Shown here: positions 35,701 to 45,110 of the stretch, one piece after another | Layout: each line of letters begins with the position of its first letter | Position numbering within the stretch: position 1 is the stretch's first letter | Assembly: GCA_965217775.1 (NCBI GenBank) | Contig: CBDCJH010000002.1 | Span: 2,560,001 to 2,624,000 of the forward strand | From: Acidobacteriota bacterium | GTDB lineage: Bacteria > Acidobacteriota > UBA6911 > RPQK01 > JAJDTT01 | Direction: 5' to 3' | Length of the DNA stretch: 64,000 nt | Translations under genes and position numbers: made by a program | The notes under the pieces: model-generated | The model's database searches: none | Told to the model about the DNA's origin: nothing | Seen by the model: only the letters and a program-made list of their open reading frames with translations

Positions 35701-38700
35701 CCGGGCGGCGTCCCGGATCATCCCTCCACCGCGCGACAGGCTGTCGGCATCGATACTCACGCCGTCCCGGTCGTTGTCGCTCCGGGCGACCCTGTACTCG
35801 AACTTCACGGCCGCCCCCGTGACACTCAGGTAGTCGGCCGTTCGATTCCGGCCGCCCACGTTCAGCGTCAGCCGCGGGGTTCCCGTCACCACCACCGTTT
35901 CGTCGAACGTCACCGTCACCTCGATGGGATCTTCCACCGCGTAGGTCCGATCCGAACCCGCATTGGAGGTGATCCTCACCATCTCGACCGTCGGTCCCCC
36001 CGTATCGCCTGTGTTGTTGGTGACGCTCTTGTTGATCAACCGGTCCGCATCGTTGCCGGCCGTGTCCTGAATTGGGCTCGCGCTCGCCCCGGTCGGCACC
36101 GTATAGCTCACCCGCAGGCCCGTCTCCCAGTGCTCCACCGCCGGAGTCAGGGTCAGCTCCACCGAGTTCCCGCTCACCCGGACTCCGGTGACCGCCCTCG
36201 TCTCGCTCCCCCCCGTCACGGTGAAAGCATCGTTCCCCGGCGCCGAGGATGTGTCCAGAGGCTCACTGTAGGCCAGCGTCAGCATCGTTCCGTTCGCGAC
36301 GGCGCCGTCGGTGTTCGCCAGTACGGGTTTGATGCCGTCCACCTGCTGCCCGGTGTCGGCCGCCACCGCCGTATGGGTCAGGACGGCATGGTTCCCTGCG
36401 GTATCCCGGATCGTCCCGCTGCCTCGCGACAGGCTGTCCGCCTCGATGTTCACGCCGTCCGTGTCGCTGTCGTTGGTAGCCACGGTGTAGGCAAAGATCA
36501 CCACCGCACCCGTGACACTCTCGTAGTTCGCCGATCGATTCCGTTCTCCCACCTTCAGCGTCACCCGGGGCGTCCCCGTCACCAGGACCGTCTCGCTGAA
36601 GGTCACCGTCACCTCGATCTCCTCGCCGATGCCGTAGAGGTCCCGCCCGTCCGGGGGATCCGACGTGATCTCCACCGAGATGACCGTCGGCGGGATTCGG
36701 TCCGGAGTCTCGTTCGTCACGGGCGCGCCGCTCAGCCGGTCCGCATCGTTGCCCGCCCGGTCCTGAATCGGCGTCGCCCCCATCCCGGCCGGGACCGTGT
36801 AGCCGACCCGGATCCCCGTCTCCCAATGCGCCACCGCGGAGGACAGAGTCAGATCCACCGCACTTCCCCTCAACGCAACATTGGAGACCGTGCGGGACGA
36901 AGACCCCCCCGATACGAAGAAGGCGCTGGACGGCGGCGTTGACGTCGAGTCCAGAGGCTCGGTATAGGTCAGCGTCAGCGTCGAACCGTCCACGACCGCT
37001 CCATCGTTGGCGGCCAACTCCGGCTTGATGCCGTCCACTTTGTGGCGTGATTGGGTCCCCAGCGCGCGATGATCCAGGTCGGCCTCGTTGTCCGAGTCGT
37101 CCTTGATCGTGCCGCCGTTGAACGACAGGCTGTCCGCCGCGATGCTCACTCCGTTGGTGTCGATGTCACCGGTGACCACCTGGTAGCGGAACAGGACTTC
37201 CGCGTCCGTGACGCTGTCGTAGTCCGCCGTTCGATCCTGGTCTCCCACCCTCAGTGTCAACTGCGGCGTCCCGGTCACGAAGACGTCCTCGCTGAAGGTC
37301 ATCGTCACCTCGATCACATCCCTGATCGCGTAGGTTGAATCGGATCCCGCATCCGACGTGATCTCCAGCTTGCTGACGGTCGGCTCCGTCGTATCCGGAA
37401 TCGCGACGACCACTGAAACCCGCGCACTGCGGCTCGCTTCGCCTCCATTGATCACGGCTGCCACCTGATAGACGTAGGTGGCGCCGACGGTCACGTCGGT
37501 ATCGACGTATGAGCGTCTTGAAGTGTTTTCAGAGATGATTTTGACGGTAGTTCCAGAGGTGCGGTAGAGGTTGTAGGTCACACCGGAAACGGCGGACCAA
37601 GTCAGCGTGACCTGATCCAGTGCAGGGGTCGCCATCAGGGCCGGACCGATACGAATCTGCTGGCCGAACTCCTGCCAGGTGGCTCCCCCGACCCCATTCG
37701 TGTCCACCGAAAGAACCGGATACTGGCTGGACGTCCCAAAGTCCCAGGGGGCGTCGTTCACACTGTCGCCGTCCAGATCCAGGTCCCAGGTTTGATAAAT
37801 CCCACTGTAATCGGTGGGTTCCTGCAACGCTGACGTCGTCCGGCCGGTTCCCGCCGCGCTGCTCGACAGGCCGGAGGTGACCGTGTCCCAGTAGCTGGCG
37901 GTGACGGTGGCGTTATCGGGGGAGCACTCGGTCGACCCGATCAGCCCGCCGATGTTGCTGCCACCCGAGACGGTCCCGGTGGCGTAGCCGGCTGCGAGCG
38001 AGCCGCAATGGAGTCCGATCAACCCGCCGACGTCGTCACCGCCCGAGACCCGGCCGGTCGCATAGCTGGCGCCAATCGTGCCACGATTGTGTCCGACCAG
38101 CCCGCCGACCCACCTGTCTCCCCCCGTCACGCGCGCGGTGGAATAGCTGGCACTGATCCGCCCGCTCTCCCACGTGGATCCGACCAGCCCGCCGACCCAC
38201 CTGTTCCCCGCCACGTGGCCCGTCACGTAGCTGGAGTGGATTTCACCACCATTGAGCTGGCTGACCAGCCCACCGACCCACGCACCGCCCGACAGATAGA
38301 CATCGATCAGCCCCACCCGGCGGATGACGCCACCGTTTCCTCCGAACAAGCCTGCGGAGAATTCGCGGCTGAACAGGTTTCTTATGGTGTGGCCGTTGCC
38401 CTCGAAAATTGCGTATAGGGGAGAACCGACCTTGCCGATCGGCTTCCACCCGCTTCCGGACCGCCAGTAAAGATCACCCGCCTCCACCCACCCGTCGCCA
38501 TTGGTGTCGAAGTCCAGATCTGTCTCCAGCTCGTACCCGGCGCATCCATCGCCGGTCGGACACCCCATTCCGGTGGCGGCGACGGGAAACGCGCTCGCAT
38601 AGCTTGCCGTCCCCGACTGGATCGGGACACCGTCCCCGTCCAGATCATGCCGCACCGCATCCAACTGCGCCCAGTTCACGATCTCGATCAGTCCGTCATT

Positions 38701-41700
38701 GTCGACATCGTAGTCGAAGCCGGTCCCTGTCCACACCAAGACCTGAAAGCGCAGAGTGACGCTCGTATTCGAGCCCCCGGTATCGGTCGCCGTTACCGTG
38801 ATCGTGGTCCGACCCTGAGCGATCGGCGTAATCGTCACCTGAGAGCCCGACACGCTCACCGTCGCCGCGGCCACATCCGAGGAGGACGCCGCATAGGTCA
38901 ACGAATCATCCAGATCCGAGAAAGCCCCCGCTACGTCGACGACCTCCGTGGTGCCCACTTGGAGCGCGCGATCCGGAAGCTCACCCACCACGAGGGGCGG
39001 CTGATTAGCTATGCCCGCGATGACTTTCACGAGCGCGCTACGGGTCGCTGCCCCGCCAGACACCAAGGCGGCCACCTGGTACGTGTAGGAAGCGCCGGCG
39101 GTCACGGCCGTGTCGGTGTACTGTAGCCTCGCGAGATTCGGCGCCAGGATCTTCACCGTCGTGCCGTCGTCACGGATCAGGGCGTAGGCGAGGTTCGGAG
39201 CCGGGCTCCAGGGACTCGTATCCGCGGCGGTCCACGTCAGGACTACCCCCTGCCCCAGACTCGTCGACGCCGTCAGTACCGGCCCGGCCCGCACCTGGTA
39301 GCCGAATTCCTGCCACGTCGCCTCCCCGTTCCCGTCGAAGTCGGCCACCAGGGCCGGGTACTGGGTACTCGTGCCGAAGTCCCAAGGATCGTCGGCCTCG
39401 GTGTCGCCGTCCAGATCCAGGTTCCAGGTCTGATAGATGCCGCCGAATTCCGTAGGCGCCTGTAGCTCGGTCGTGGTGCGGCCGCCTGGACCAATCGAAT
39501 GCCCGGAGGTGCGCATGTCCCAGTAGCTCGCCGTTTGGGTTGAGAGGAGGTGCGCCGCTCCGACCAGCCCCCCGACGTTCTCATCGCCCCGAACGAGGCC
39601 CGTCGCGTAGCTGGCGGTGATCGTGCTCGCGCCGAAGTTGGAGCCGACCAGCCCCCCGACGTTCTCGGTCCCCTCAACCTGTCCGGTCGCGTAGCTGGCC
39701 GTGATGTTGCTCCGGTTGTACCCGACCAGCCCCCCGACGTCCTCGGTCCCCTCAACCTGCCCGGTCGCGTAGCTGGCCGTGATCGGGCCGGAGCTGTGGC
39801 CGGCCAGCCCGCCGACTCTCCCGGTCCCCTCAACCTGTCCGGTCGCGTAGCTGGTCGTGATCGGGCCGAGGCTGCGCCCAACCAGTCCGCCGACTCTCCC
39901 GGTCCCCTCAACCTGTCCGGTTGCAAAGCTGGCCGTGAGATCGCTGGTGCTGGTGTTGAGCCCGACCAGGACGCCCACGTTGTCACGTCCCGACACCTGC
40001 GCAGTGGAATAGCTGCCGGTGATGGCTGAATGGGACTCGTCGTTGTAGAAGAACACGCCGCTGCGCCCAACCAGCCCGCCGACATAGTCATCCCCCGACA
40101 CGCTGCCCGTCACGAAACTGTCGCTGACCTCTCCGTCACTGCTGTAGCCGACCAGCCCGCCGACATACGAACCGCCCGTCACGTCGGCATCGAGCAGTCC
40201 GACCCCGCGGACGACACCGTCGCGGATCCGCCCGAACAGCCCTACGGGATAGAAGTCGTCGCTGGAATCGATAAACTCGAGGAACAGGTTGCCGACGGTA
40301 TTCCCGTTGCCGTCGAAAGTCGCCGTGAACGCATTGAAGGCATCACCAACGGGCTCCCAGCCGTCGCCGTCGTTCCAGTAGTCGTCACCTGAGTCGACGT
40401 CTCCATCCTCGTCGGTGTCGAAATCCAGGTCCGCCGTCAACTCGTAGCCGATGCATCCGGCCGGGCATCCCATGTCCCAACTGCCCTCGACGAACGCCGC
40501 GTGGTACTGTCTCCAGTCGGCCGGCTCGTCCGCCAGACCGTCACCGTCGAGGTCGTAGCGCATGGCATCGAGTTGCGCCAGATTGCCGACGTCGATGAGA
40601 CCGTCGTCATCCAAGTCGTAGTCGCGATTGCCCACCGTAACCGTGACTGCGAAGGTCTGCACGGCAATCAAACCCTCGGGATCGGTCGCGACCGCCGTCA
40701 CCACCATGCGGCCGGGAGAGAGTGGCGTCACCGTGAACGAGGTCCCCGTCAGTGCACCGACGGACAGCCTCTCGTTGTCGCTCGACCACGCCATGTAGGT
40801 CAACGTGTCGTCGTCCGGATCGCCAAAGACATTCGCCAAATCGATGGTTACAGCGGCGGCACCCGGGGCGAATGTCCGGTCGGCCACTGAGTTCTCCACG
40901 GTCGGCGCCCGATTGCGGTCCGCCACGGCGACATCCACCCCATCGACCGCACCGGGCGCCATCACGATGCCGGCGCCGGAGTCTCTGTCGACGCCGGTCG
41001 CCTCGATGTCGAGCGCCGACCCGGTCATGGCCGTGCGGAGGTCGTCCTGCGTGACGTTGGCCGATCCGCCGGCCGCTTCCAGCATCAAGGCTCCAATCGC
41101 CGCCGCGTGCGGCGCCGCCGCCGAGGTTCCGAAGAACGTCGAAAAGCCGGGAGTCGAAGTCGAGACCCCGTCGGCCGCGGTCAGGTCCGGTTTCTGCAAC
41201 ACCCGCCCGCCGGTGGACGAGAAGTTCCCCGGCGTGATCGGCGTGCCGTCGGCCTCGAAGAAGATCCGCCGGGGCCCGTCCGAGCTGAATGTTTCGACCG
41301 ACTCCGTGCCGTCGAAGACGCCGTCTGCGCCGCCCGCATCCCCGACATCGACTGCGGCCACGCCAATCGCATCCTGTGCGGCCGAATGGCCGAAGGTCCG
41401 GCCGGCTGTGGTGAACGCCAAGCCTCCTCGCGTGTAGGTGATACGCAGATAGCGGTCTTCCGCGCCGGCGTTCTTGACGATGACGAGGCGGGTGCCCCTG
41501 CGATCAGGGGAACATGAACTCAGGATGAATTCGATGGGGTCCTGCGCCCCGTCCTGGGTAGCCGTCGAGCTGGCAAGGACGTTGTTTTCCGCATCGATCA
41601 GGAACAGATCGTAGTCGTTGGCCGACCCACCGACCGGATCGGACCATTGCAGAACGATGGAGCGGGTGCTGTCCTTCGTGATCTCGTTCCCGGTCACGCC

Positions 41701-43656
41701 GCCGCCGAAGTCGTGGACGACGTCGCCGGCGCCGACGCCGCTCAGGTTCAGCGCCGGTCCCGCGGCAAAGTCGCCCTCCCAGACACTGGCTGTGCCGTCG
41801 TTCTTGTTGCCACCGTTGCCGGTCGACGAGAAGTAGTGACAGCCGTTGGCGGCCGCCGTGCTGACCGCCTGGGCGATGATGTCGTCCTGGAAGGGCGACA
41901 ACCCCGTATATCCGATGTCGTCGACGATGATGTCGGCGCCGGACTCGCAGAGGTCCTCGATGTTCTGCGCCATCTGCGCCGGCCCGGCGCCGCCGTCGGC
42001 GAAAAACAGCTCGGCGCCCGGCGCCAGATCGTGGACGATCTCGAGTAACGCCGTCCCCTCGGTGCCCGAGGTCCTGTCGCCGCAGGTCAATGGAAACGAG
42101 CCGCCCTCCTGTCCGGGCAGGACCGTGACCCGCGCCGGCACGTCGCCCGTCGCCTGCTGGTCGGCGAGGGTGTCGACGCCGTCCGAGATCACGCCGACGC
42201 CAATACCCGTGCCGTCCACGTCGTACGTGCTGCGCGCCACGTCCGCCCGGTGGGCGACGTCGCCCTCGGAGGTGTCGTCCTTGCGAAACACTGGAATGTC
42301 ATTCAGGCGGGTCCGGACACTCGATGAATTACGCTTCGTCCCGCCTCCCACGATCGGCTCTTCGGCCGGACGGATTGTCCGGACCGCGTCGAGTTCGGCC
42401 AGCGTTTCGACGGCAGCGAGCGGAAGTCGCGCTCGGATGGCCCGGTACTTCGGTACGCTGTTGATGACCTCGCCGCCCAGATCCCGGATGCGGTCGAGGA
42501 CTGCCGGCGTGACGTCGGCCCGGATGTCCACCATCACCCGTTCTTCTTTGGCTTCCGGATCCGTCGCTTGGAGCCGGCCGATCCCGGCCGCCTTTGGTTT
42601 CCGCCGCGGGTTTCGCCGCTCCTCCAGAAGCTGCGAACTCACCTTCCGTTGAGCAGGCGTCCGGCGGACCTTGGCCGATAGCAGGGATTGAATCTGCCGC
42701 ACGGCGCTCGCCGGCAGCCGGCCGCCCGCCTGGTTCGTCACCGCCTGATCGGTGAACGCGATGGACTCGTTGCCCCCCGGGTCCCGGCCCTCCGGAGGAT
42801 TCGAGTTGATCTCGACCTCTCGCACCGCAGGACCGGCCGCCACGTTCACCGGAATAGGCTCGGGCTCGAGTCCTCCACCGGTGACTGCCGCGCGGAGTTC
42901 TTCCAGCGAGGTGTTGTGGGCGCCACCGGCCGCCTCCAGGGTCAGGGCCACCAGTGCCGCGACCTGCGGAGGGGGCGCCGAGCTGACGCAGAAGGTCGCG
43001 AAATCCGGATTGGCCGCAGTCACGCACGTCGCCCCTGCCGAATCCCCGTTGGTCGAGAGATCGTCCGGTATCGGCGGCGCCGGGTCTGGAGCAAATTCGC
43101 CTTCCCTGACTCTGGAATGGACTGGGTTGCCCTGAGCAGAGACGTAGACGCAACCATTGCGGACCGCCGCTTGGACCGCCTGGGCCATGAGGCCGCCCTG
43201 ATGAATCGTCTCCTGATGGTCGAAGAGGTCGTCGACGATGACGTCCGCCCCGGCTCGGCAGAGTGCCGCGAGGTTGGCTGCGAACCGCGCCGGTCCGCCC
43301 AGGCCGGTCGCGAAGTAGAGCTCGCCGCCCGGGGCCAGGTCGCGGAGGATCGAAAGGGTCGCCGTCCCGTCGTCCCCTTCTCCCGCCTGGCCCGGAAGCA
43401 CCATCACCCGATCCGGCAGATCGGCCGCTGCCTCGCCGGTGATCAGCGTCGCCACACCGCTTGAGAGCACTCCGATGCCGATACCCGTGCCGTCGACACC
43501 CTGACTCCGGCGCATCGCTGCGCCTTGCCGGGCGGCCGCCGGCTGCTCGGTTCGGATCGGCTCGATCAACAGGGAGATCGCCGCCAACATCCCAAGCATT
43601 CCACGCCACCCACTACCGCGGGGCCAGGACGCGATTCCTGTCAGGCGGCGGGTCAT
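29785..43656 (-). CDS. Giant modular protein G3, ~4623 aa: leader, degenerate S8 copy, prodomain, S8/S53-like protease, 2 GLUG-type modules with FN3/Ig, 8 stalk units, Calx-beta-like, Pro34, FN3, duplicated C-terminal domain
   Basis: ORF 29785..44130 in track; start moved to ATG 43656 (MTRRLTGIASW) by homology to G1/G4 and an upstream purine-rich RBS; GVISDG, EGTALLEIVHDLAPG, KPDLTA, FFGTSAAAPH motifs. Confidence 0.93.
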   Translation of the reverse strand: MTRRLTGIASWPRGSGWRGMLGMLAAISLLIEPIRTEQPAAARQGAAMRRSQGVDGTGIGIGVLSSGVATLITGEAAADLPDRVMVLPGQAGEGDDGTATLSILRDLAPGGELYFATGLGGPARFAANLAALCRAGADVIVDDLFDHQETIHQGGLMAQAVQAAVRNGCVYVSAQGNPVHSRVREGEFAPDPAPPIPDDLSTNGDSAGATCVTAANPDFATFCVSSAPPPQVAALVALTLEAAGGAHNTSLEELRAAVTGGGLEPEPIPVNVAAGPAVREVEINSNPPEGRDPGGNESIAFTDQAVTNQAGGRLPASAVRQIQSLLSAKVRRTPAQRKVSSQLLEERRNPRRKPKAAGIGRLQATDPEAKEERVMVDIRADVTPAVLDRIRDLGGEVINSVPKYRAIRARLPLAAVETLAELDAVRTIRPAEEPIVGGGTKRNSSSVRTRLNDIPVFRKDDTSEGDVAHRADVARSTYDVDGTGIGVGVISDGVDTLADQQATGDVPARVTVLPGQEGGSFPLTCGDRTSGTEGTALLEIVHDLAPGAELFFADGGAGPAQMAQNIEDLCESGADIIVDDIGYTGLSPFQDDIIAQAVSTAAANGCHYFSSTGNGGNKNDGTASVWEGDFAAGPALNLSGVGAGDVVHDFGGGVTGNEITKDSTRSIVLQWSDPVGGSANDYDLFLIDAENNVLASSTATQDGAQDPIEFILSSCSPDRRGTRLVIVKNAGAEDRYLRITYTRGGLAFTTAGRTFGHSAAQDAIGVAAVDVGDAGGADGVFDGTESVETFSSDGPRRIFFEADGTPITPGNFSSTGGRVLQKPDLTAADGVSTSTPGFSTFFGTSAAAPHAAAIGALMLEAAGGSANVTQDDLRTAMTGSALDIEATGVDRDSGAGIVMAPGAVDGVDVAVADRNRAPTVENSVADRTFAPGAAAVTIDLANVFGDPDDDTLTYMAWSSDNERLSVGALTGTSFTVTPLSPGRMVVTAVATDPEGLIAVQTFAVTVTVGNRDYDLDDDGLIDVGNLAQLDAMRYDLDGDGLADEPADWRQYHAAFVEGSWDMGCPAGCIGYELTADLDFDTDEDGDVDSGDDYWNDGDGWEPVGDAFNAFTATFDGNGNTVGNLFLEFIDSSDDFYPVGLFGRIRDGVVRGVGLLDADVTGGSYVGGLVGYSSDGEVSDSFVTGSVSGDDYVGGLVGRSGVFFYNDESHSAITGSYSTAQVSGRDNVGVLVGLNTSTSDLTASFATGQVEGTGRVGGLVGRSLGPITTSYATGQVEGTGRVGGLAGHSSGPITASYATGQVEGTEDVGGLVGYNRSNITASYATGQVEGTENVGGLVGSNFGASTITASYATGLVRGDENVGGLVGAAHLLSTQTASYWDMRTSGHSIGPGGRTTTELQAPTEFGGIYQTWNLDLDGDTEADDPWDFGTSTQYPALVADFDGNGEATWQEFGYQVRAGPVLTASTSLGQGVVLTWTAADTSPWSPAPNLAYALIRDDGTTVKILAPNLARLQYTDTAVTAGASYTYQVAALVSGGAATRSALVKVIAGIANQPPLVVGELPDRALQVGTTEVVDVAGAFSDLDDSLTYAASSSDVAAATVSVSGSQVTITPIAQGRTTITVTATDTGGSNTSVTLRFQVLVWTGTGFDYDVDNDGLIEIVNWAQLDAVRHDLDGDGVPIQSGTASYASAFPVAATGMGCPTGDGCAGYELETDLDFDTNGDGWVEAGDLYWRSGSGWKPIGKVGSPLYAIFEGNGHTIRNLFSREFSAGLFGGNGGVIRRVGLIDVYLSGGAWVGGLVSQLNGGEIHSSYVTGHVAGNRWVGGLVGSTWESGRISASYSTARVTGGDRWVGGLVGHNRGTIGASYATGRVSGGDDVGGLIGLHCGSLAAGYATGTVSGGSNIGGLIGSTECSPDNATVTASYWDTVTSGLSSSAAGTGRTTSALQEPTDYSGIYQTWDLDLDGDSVNDAPWDFGTSSQYPVLSVDTNGVGGATWQEFGQQIRIGPALMATPALDQVTLTWSAVSGVTYNLYRTSGTTVKIISENTSRRSYVDTDVTVGATYVYQVAAVINGGEASRSARVSVVVAIPDTTEPTVSKLEITSDAGSDSTYAIRDVIEVTMTFSEDVFVTGTPQLTLRVGDQDRTADYDSVTDAEVLFRYQVVTGDIDTNGVSIAADSLSFNGGTIKDDSDNEADLDHRALGTQSRHKVDGIKPELAANDGAVVDGSTLTLTYTEPLDSTSTPPSSAFFVSGGSSSRTVSNVALRGSAVDLTLSSAVAHWETGIRVGYTVPAGMGATPIQDRAGNDADRLSGAPVTNETPDRIPPTVISVEITSDPPDGRDLYGIGEEIEVTVTFSETVLVTGTPRVTLKVGERNRSANYESVTGAVVIFAYTVATNDSDTDGVNIEADSLSRGSGTIRDTAGNHAVLTHTAVAADTGQQVDGIKPVLANTDGAVANGTMLTLAYSEPLDTSSAPGNDAFTVTGGSETRAVTGVRVSGNSVELTLTPAVEHWETGLRVSYTVPTGASASPIQDTAGNDADRLINKSVTNNTGDTGGPTVEMVRITSNAGSDRTYAVEDPIEVTVTFDETVVVTGTPRLTLNVGGRNRTADYLSVTGAAVKFEYRVARSDNDRDGVSIDADSLSRGGGMIRDAARNNAQLDHAAVAADSRHKVDGVPPVLATTDGAVANGTTLTLAYSEPLRSSSRPATSAFTVTGGSEARTVTRVQVSGSAVLLMLNPAVTDIESGLRLNYQPGGNPIEDVVGNAADELNNRPVTNRTGDSTGPTVETVRITSNAGSDRTYAAGETIEVTVTFNETVVVTGTPRLTLNLGGRNRTANYQDVTGAAVRFEYQVVSGDSAAYGVSLEANHLSGGTIRDGARNNAVLSHAPVAADSRHQVDGIKPTLATSDGAVASGTTLTLAYGEPLDSSSVPVTDDFTVTGGSETPTVTGVRVSGSAVFLTLSSAVTDGESRLRVNYEPGSNPIQDTAGNDADRLSNKSVTNRTGDTTGPAVSTVRITSSAGSDRTYGVDETIEVTVTFDETVVVTGTPQLTLNLDGRSRTANFRSVMSQAVKFAYRVVPGDNDGDGVSIEADSLSRGAGTIRDGAQNDATLDHAAVAVDARHQVDGILPVLATTDGAVVNGTTLTLAYSEPLNSSSRPAASAFTVTGGSEARTVTRVQVSGSAVLLTLNPAVTDGESGLRLSYQPGGNPIEDPVGNAADELNNRPVTNRTGDTAGPTVETVRITSNAGSDRTYAAGETIEVTVTFNETVVVTGTPRLSLNLGGRSRTANYQDITGAAVRFEYQVVSGDSAAYGVSIEANRLSGGTIHDGARNNAVLNHAPVAADSRHQVDGVKPTLATSEGAVVNGRTLTLAYGEPLDSSPVPATDDFTVTGGSETRTVTGVRVSGSAVFLTLSPAVADRESGLRVNYEPGSNPIQDTTGNDADRLSNKSVTNRTGDTEGPEVTTVRITSSAGSDRTYGVDETIEVTVTFDETVVITGTPELTLDVGSRSRTAEYRSVSNRAVKFAYRVVTDDNDEDGVSIESNRLSRVGGTIRDGAGNDATLDHEAVAASSSHKVDAVAPVLALTDPVVVNGATLTLTYNEPLNTSSRPATSDFTVEGGNETRTVTRVRVTGSEIRLTVNPAAEHGETGIRVSYEPRSNPIQDAIGNDAEAFRDQFVDNRTPDTTAPSIEGIEISSDPGTDETYAVDDMISVTVRYDETVTVDTIRGTPTLDLLVGTRRKRASASVGPDRPAVVFVYTVEKGDEDEDGVSVPRGSIALNGGKILDLSDNPAARSYEAVETEADHKVDASVPGLEGVTVHGSRVALTYDEALDEGSTPSRFDFAVTVAGDDRTVDQVRVRGNSVTLRLASTVTVGETVRVSYTPGFNPIQDEVGNAVEGLTDHRADPPLVTIQVKEGSETVTEGAPVEFILTRGPPTEAPLTVNLEVTETRSMIETSGGYEPPEEVEFRTGQETATLEVLTDDDDVAESTSLVTARLQPGDEYRLGPTSTQSARVTVQDNEVSTPPPPPPPPPPPPPPPPPPPPPPPPPPPPPPPPPPAATAPTAPLNLQAEAGDGEVKLIWKVPESDGRAAVTDYELRIDRAGDWTSIGSTDLTHTVTGLTNGRTYVFEVRAVNSVGPSPPSSPVEATPMAEEVILEFAHFGNGVSDNDVLITSDLVLVNVAESEIRPVIYFFDREGDLFEAESVVDVGDDLEIREDGGLSPRTEIASLGELTISTHGRGVVVTGSVRVVSDGPIGGVVRFDIPGIGVAGVGASEPTSDALFPARRQDGGIRTAAAIHNLGMEAVDVQCRLLKNGRVLEEGEIPLSANGQAAQFIEELFTATDTTDFVGSVRCTVPAGESFTGVAVELDAGNRIFTTLPVVPIGPEAAEDQETTLNFAHFANGTSGDGTLITSDLVLVNVAASTARPAIYFYDQGGELLEPESMVEVEDHLLVREDGSLTVRTAMARLGELTISTHGRGEVVPGSVRVVANGSLGGVLRFDIPGVGVAGVGASQTTTDALFPARRQPTGIRTAAAIRNLAAQRATVRCRLMSGGEALEEVDIRLNAHGQHARFIEEVFTRTDTRDFVGSVRCTALGEGLFTGVAVELDTGNRIFTTLPVVPIQR
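31489..31590 (-). repeat. Poly-proline tract of G3 (34 Pro)
   Basis: 34 consecutive CCN codons. Confidence 0.97.
31950..37395 (-). repeat. G3 stalk: 8 tandem Ig-like + SwmB-type units
   Basis: Eight unit starts in the translation, ~680-bp period. Confidence 0.9.
39640..39930 (-). repeat. Four near-identical 78-bp (26-aa) GLUG-type repeats in G3
   Basis: ATGQVEGTxxVGGLxG x4; GGTCCCCTCAACCTG recurs every 78 bp. Confidence 0.88.
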
Positions 43657-43730
43657 CCGGCAGGACCTTCCCCTTTTTTTCTGTGAGTTCGGGAGAACAG
43701 GGGAAGCAGGTTTGAACGAGGACCGCGATG

Positions 43731-43834
43731 TCGGGGCACCCCTTGTGGGTGCCCGCTGTCGCCCCTCACTGTTCGGTCCGGGGAGGGCAACCACAAGGGT
43801 TGCCCCTACGAGCCCGGGGAGGGCGACCACAAGG
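43731..43834. repeat. REP cluster in G3 leader; last REP interrupted by the IS and completed at 47057-47074
   Basis: GGGGCACCCCTTGTGGGTGCCC, GGGCAACCACAAGGGTTGCCCCTAC, GGGCGACCACAAGG|IS. Confidence 0.8.
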
Positions 43835-44381
43835 TGTTTGGTATCAAGACATCCTTTACAAGTTGTATCAGGACATCCTTTACAGCTGGTCCATGGCCGT
43901 TGTGTCAATGACCATCGAAAATTGCACACTTCGGGCCATCGAGAACTGCATACATCGCAGGAGCCCCGCCTTCTCGGTCCGGAGTCCTCTGGGCGAACCG
44001 CTCGCGCGGTCGTCGGATGGATCGTCCTGGAGCGTTCCGCGGGGCGGCGTCGCCGGTCGCTGTGGCCGCAGGACAAGTCTCGGTCCAGAAGGGCCGCCAC
44101 CACCCCCCAGGATCTGGTCCCAGGGCGCAAGACCCGGGTTCCAGGTCAGCTCCGTCGAGGTCGGCTCGTCACGCCGGTTCCCCCGTTGGACCAACCGAAC
44201 CGCGCCGCTCGGGCGGACCGGTAGGTTGAAGGGATCGCGTTTGGGTGGACGGTTGGGTCATCTGGTTCAAGTGGGTCTCGGTGGTCATTCCGCTTCGGTC
44301 AGGGGGAGGCAGGGCGGCTGCCGGTTGCAGCCAAGGGCGGGATCACGTCCATGCAAAACAGAGCCGGCGGGGGTCTGCAAC

Positions 44382-44425
44382 AGCGAGCCTGGGGCGCCGG
44401 GTGCACCCGGCGCCCCAGGCTCGCT
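44382..44425. repeat. Perfect 44-bp loopless palindrome
   Basis: AGCGAGCCTGGGGCGCCGGGTG|CACCCGGCGCCCCAGGCTCGCT. Confidence 0.95.
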
Positions 44426-44719
44426 CCGAATCGCACCGACGGCCGGCGTGACGGTTCCGGACGCTGGGGACAGGCCGGAATCCCGGCCCTGTCAATCGGC
44501 CGCGAAAATGGCATCCATCGCGGGAGACCCCGCAGCCGGCCGGGGTCCCGTCATGCCCCCCTCCTTCCCGCTCCCGCAGCCCTGGGCGGACCGTGTCCAT
44601 GGCCATTGAGAAGGGACGGCCTTCAGGACACGGTTGCTCCGACGGCGAGAGCTTCACCCCATCTTCGGAGGGCGCCCGGATGGCGCCCCCTTGGAGAGCT
44701 CGGCGGCACGGCGCCGCCG

Positions 44720-45110
44720 GTCGCTGTGGCCGCAGGGCCGAACCCGGTTCACCAGCACCGCCATCACCTGCTCTCCCAGGATCTGGCCCCAGGGCTCAAG
44801 AGCCGGGTTCCAGGTCAACTCCGTCGAGGTCGGCTCGTCACGCCGGTTCCCCCGTTGGACCAACCGAACCGCGCCGCTCGGGCGGACCCTAAGGGTGCCG
44901 ATCTCCTCCCCCTCCAGGGGTGCCGGACGGATCCGGGTCTTGGACGTTGGCCCCGCGGAGGGCTCGAGACGTTGGGCCCACCCCGGGCGGACCCCGCAAG
45001 ACGAGGTTCTCCCTTCGCTCCACGAAGCCCAGCTCGTCGAGCGAGTCGATCGGCTCCCGCTGAATCGATCGCTGGAGGCTGAAGTCGAAGTCCGGGGACG
45101 GCGTTTCGCG
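44720..45110 (-). pseudogene. istB: Decayed IS21 helper ATPase istB (frameshifted); 3' part duplicated at ~44051-44219
   Basis: DFDFSLQRSIQREPIDSLDELGFVERRENLVLRGPPGVGPT (Walker A lacking Lys) and, in another frame, GAVRLVQRGNRRDEPTSTELTWNPALEPWGQILGEQVMA. Confidence 0.8.

Noticed and set aside
43674-43680. T7 homopolymer near the G3 start as a phase-variation tract
   Set aside because: Short, upstream of the probable start codon, and absent from paralogs
43841-43884. Short direct repeats GTATCARGACATCCTTTACA that could suggest a mini-CRISPR or iterons
   Set aside because: They are the two internal transposase-binding repeats of the IS481 IR, mirrored at 47007-47050; no spacers or cas genes
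43835-43884. Outward-facing hybrid promoter from the IS end driving G3
   Set aside because: TTGATA/TTGTAA -35-like hexamers exist on the minus strand, but no plausible -10 lies at the right spacing
43657-44130. 158-aa N-terminal extension of G3 in the ORF track
   Set aside because: Runs through REPs, the IS481 inverted repeat and IS21 debris; paralog homology begins at ATG 43656
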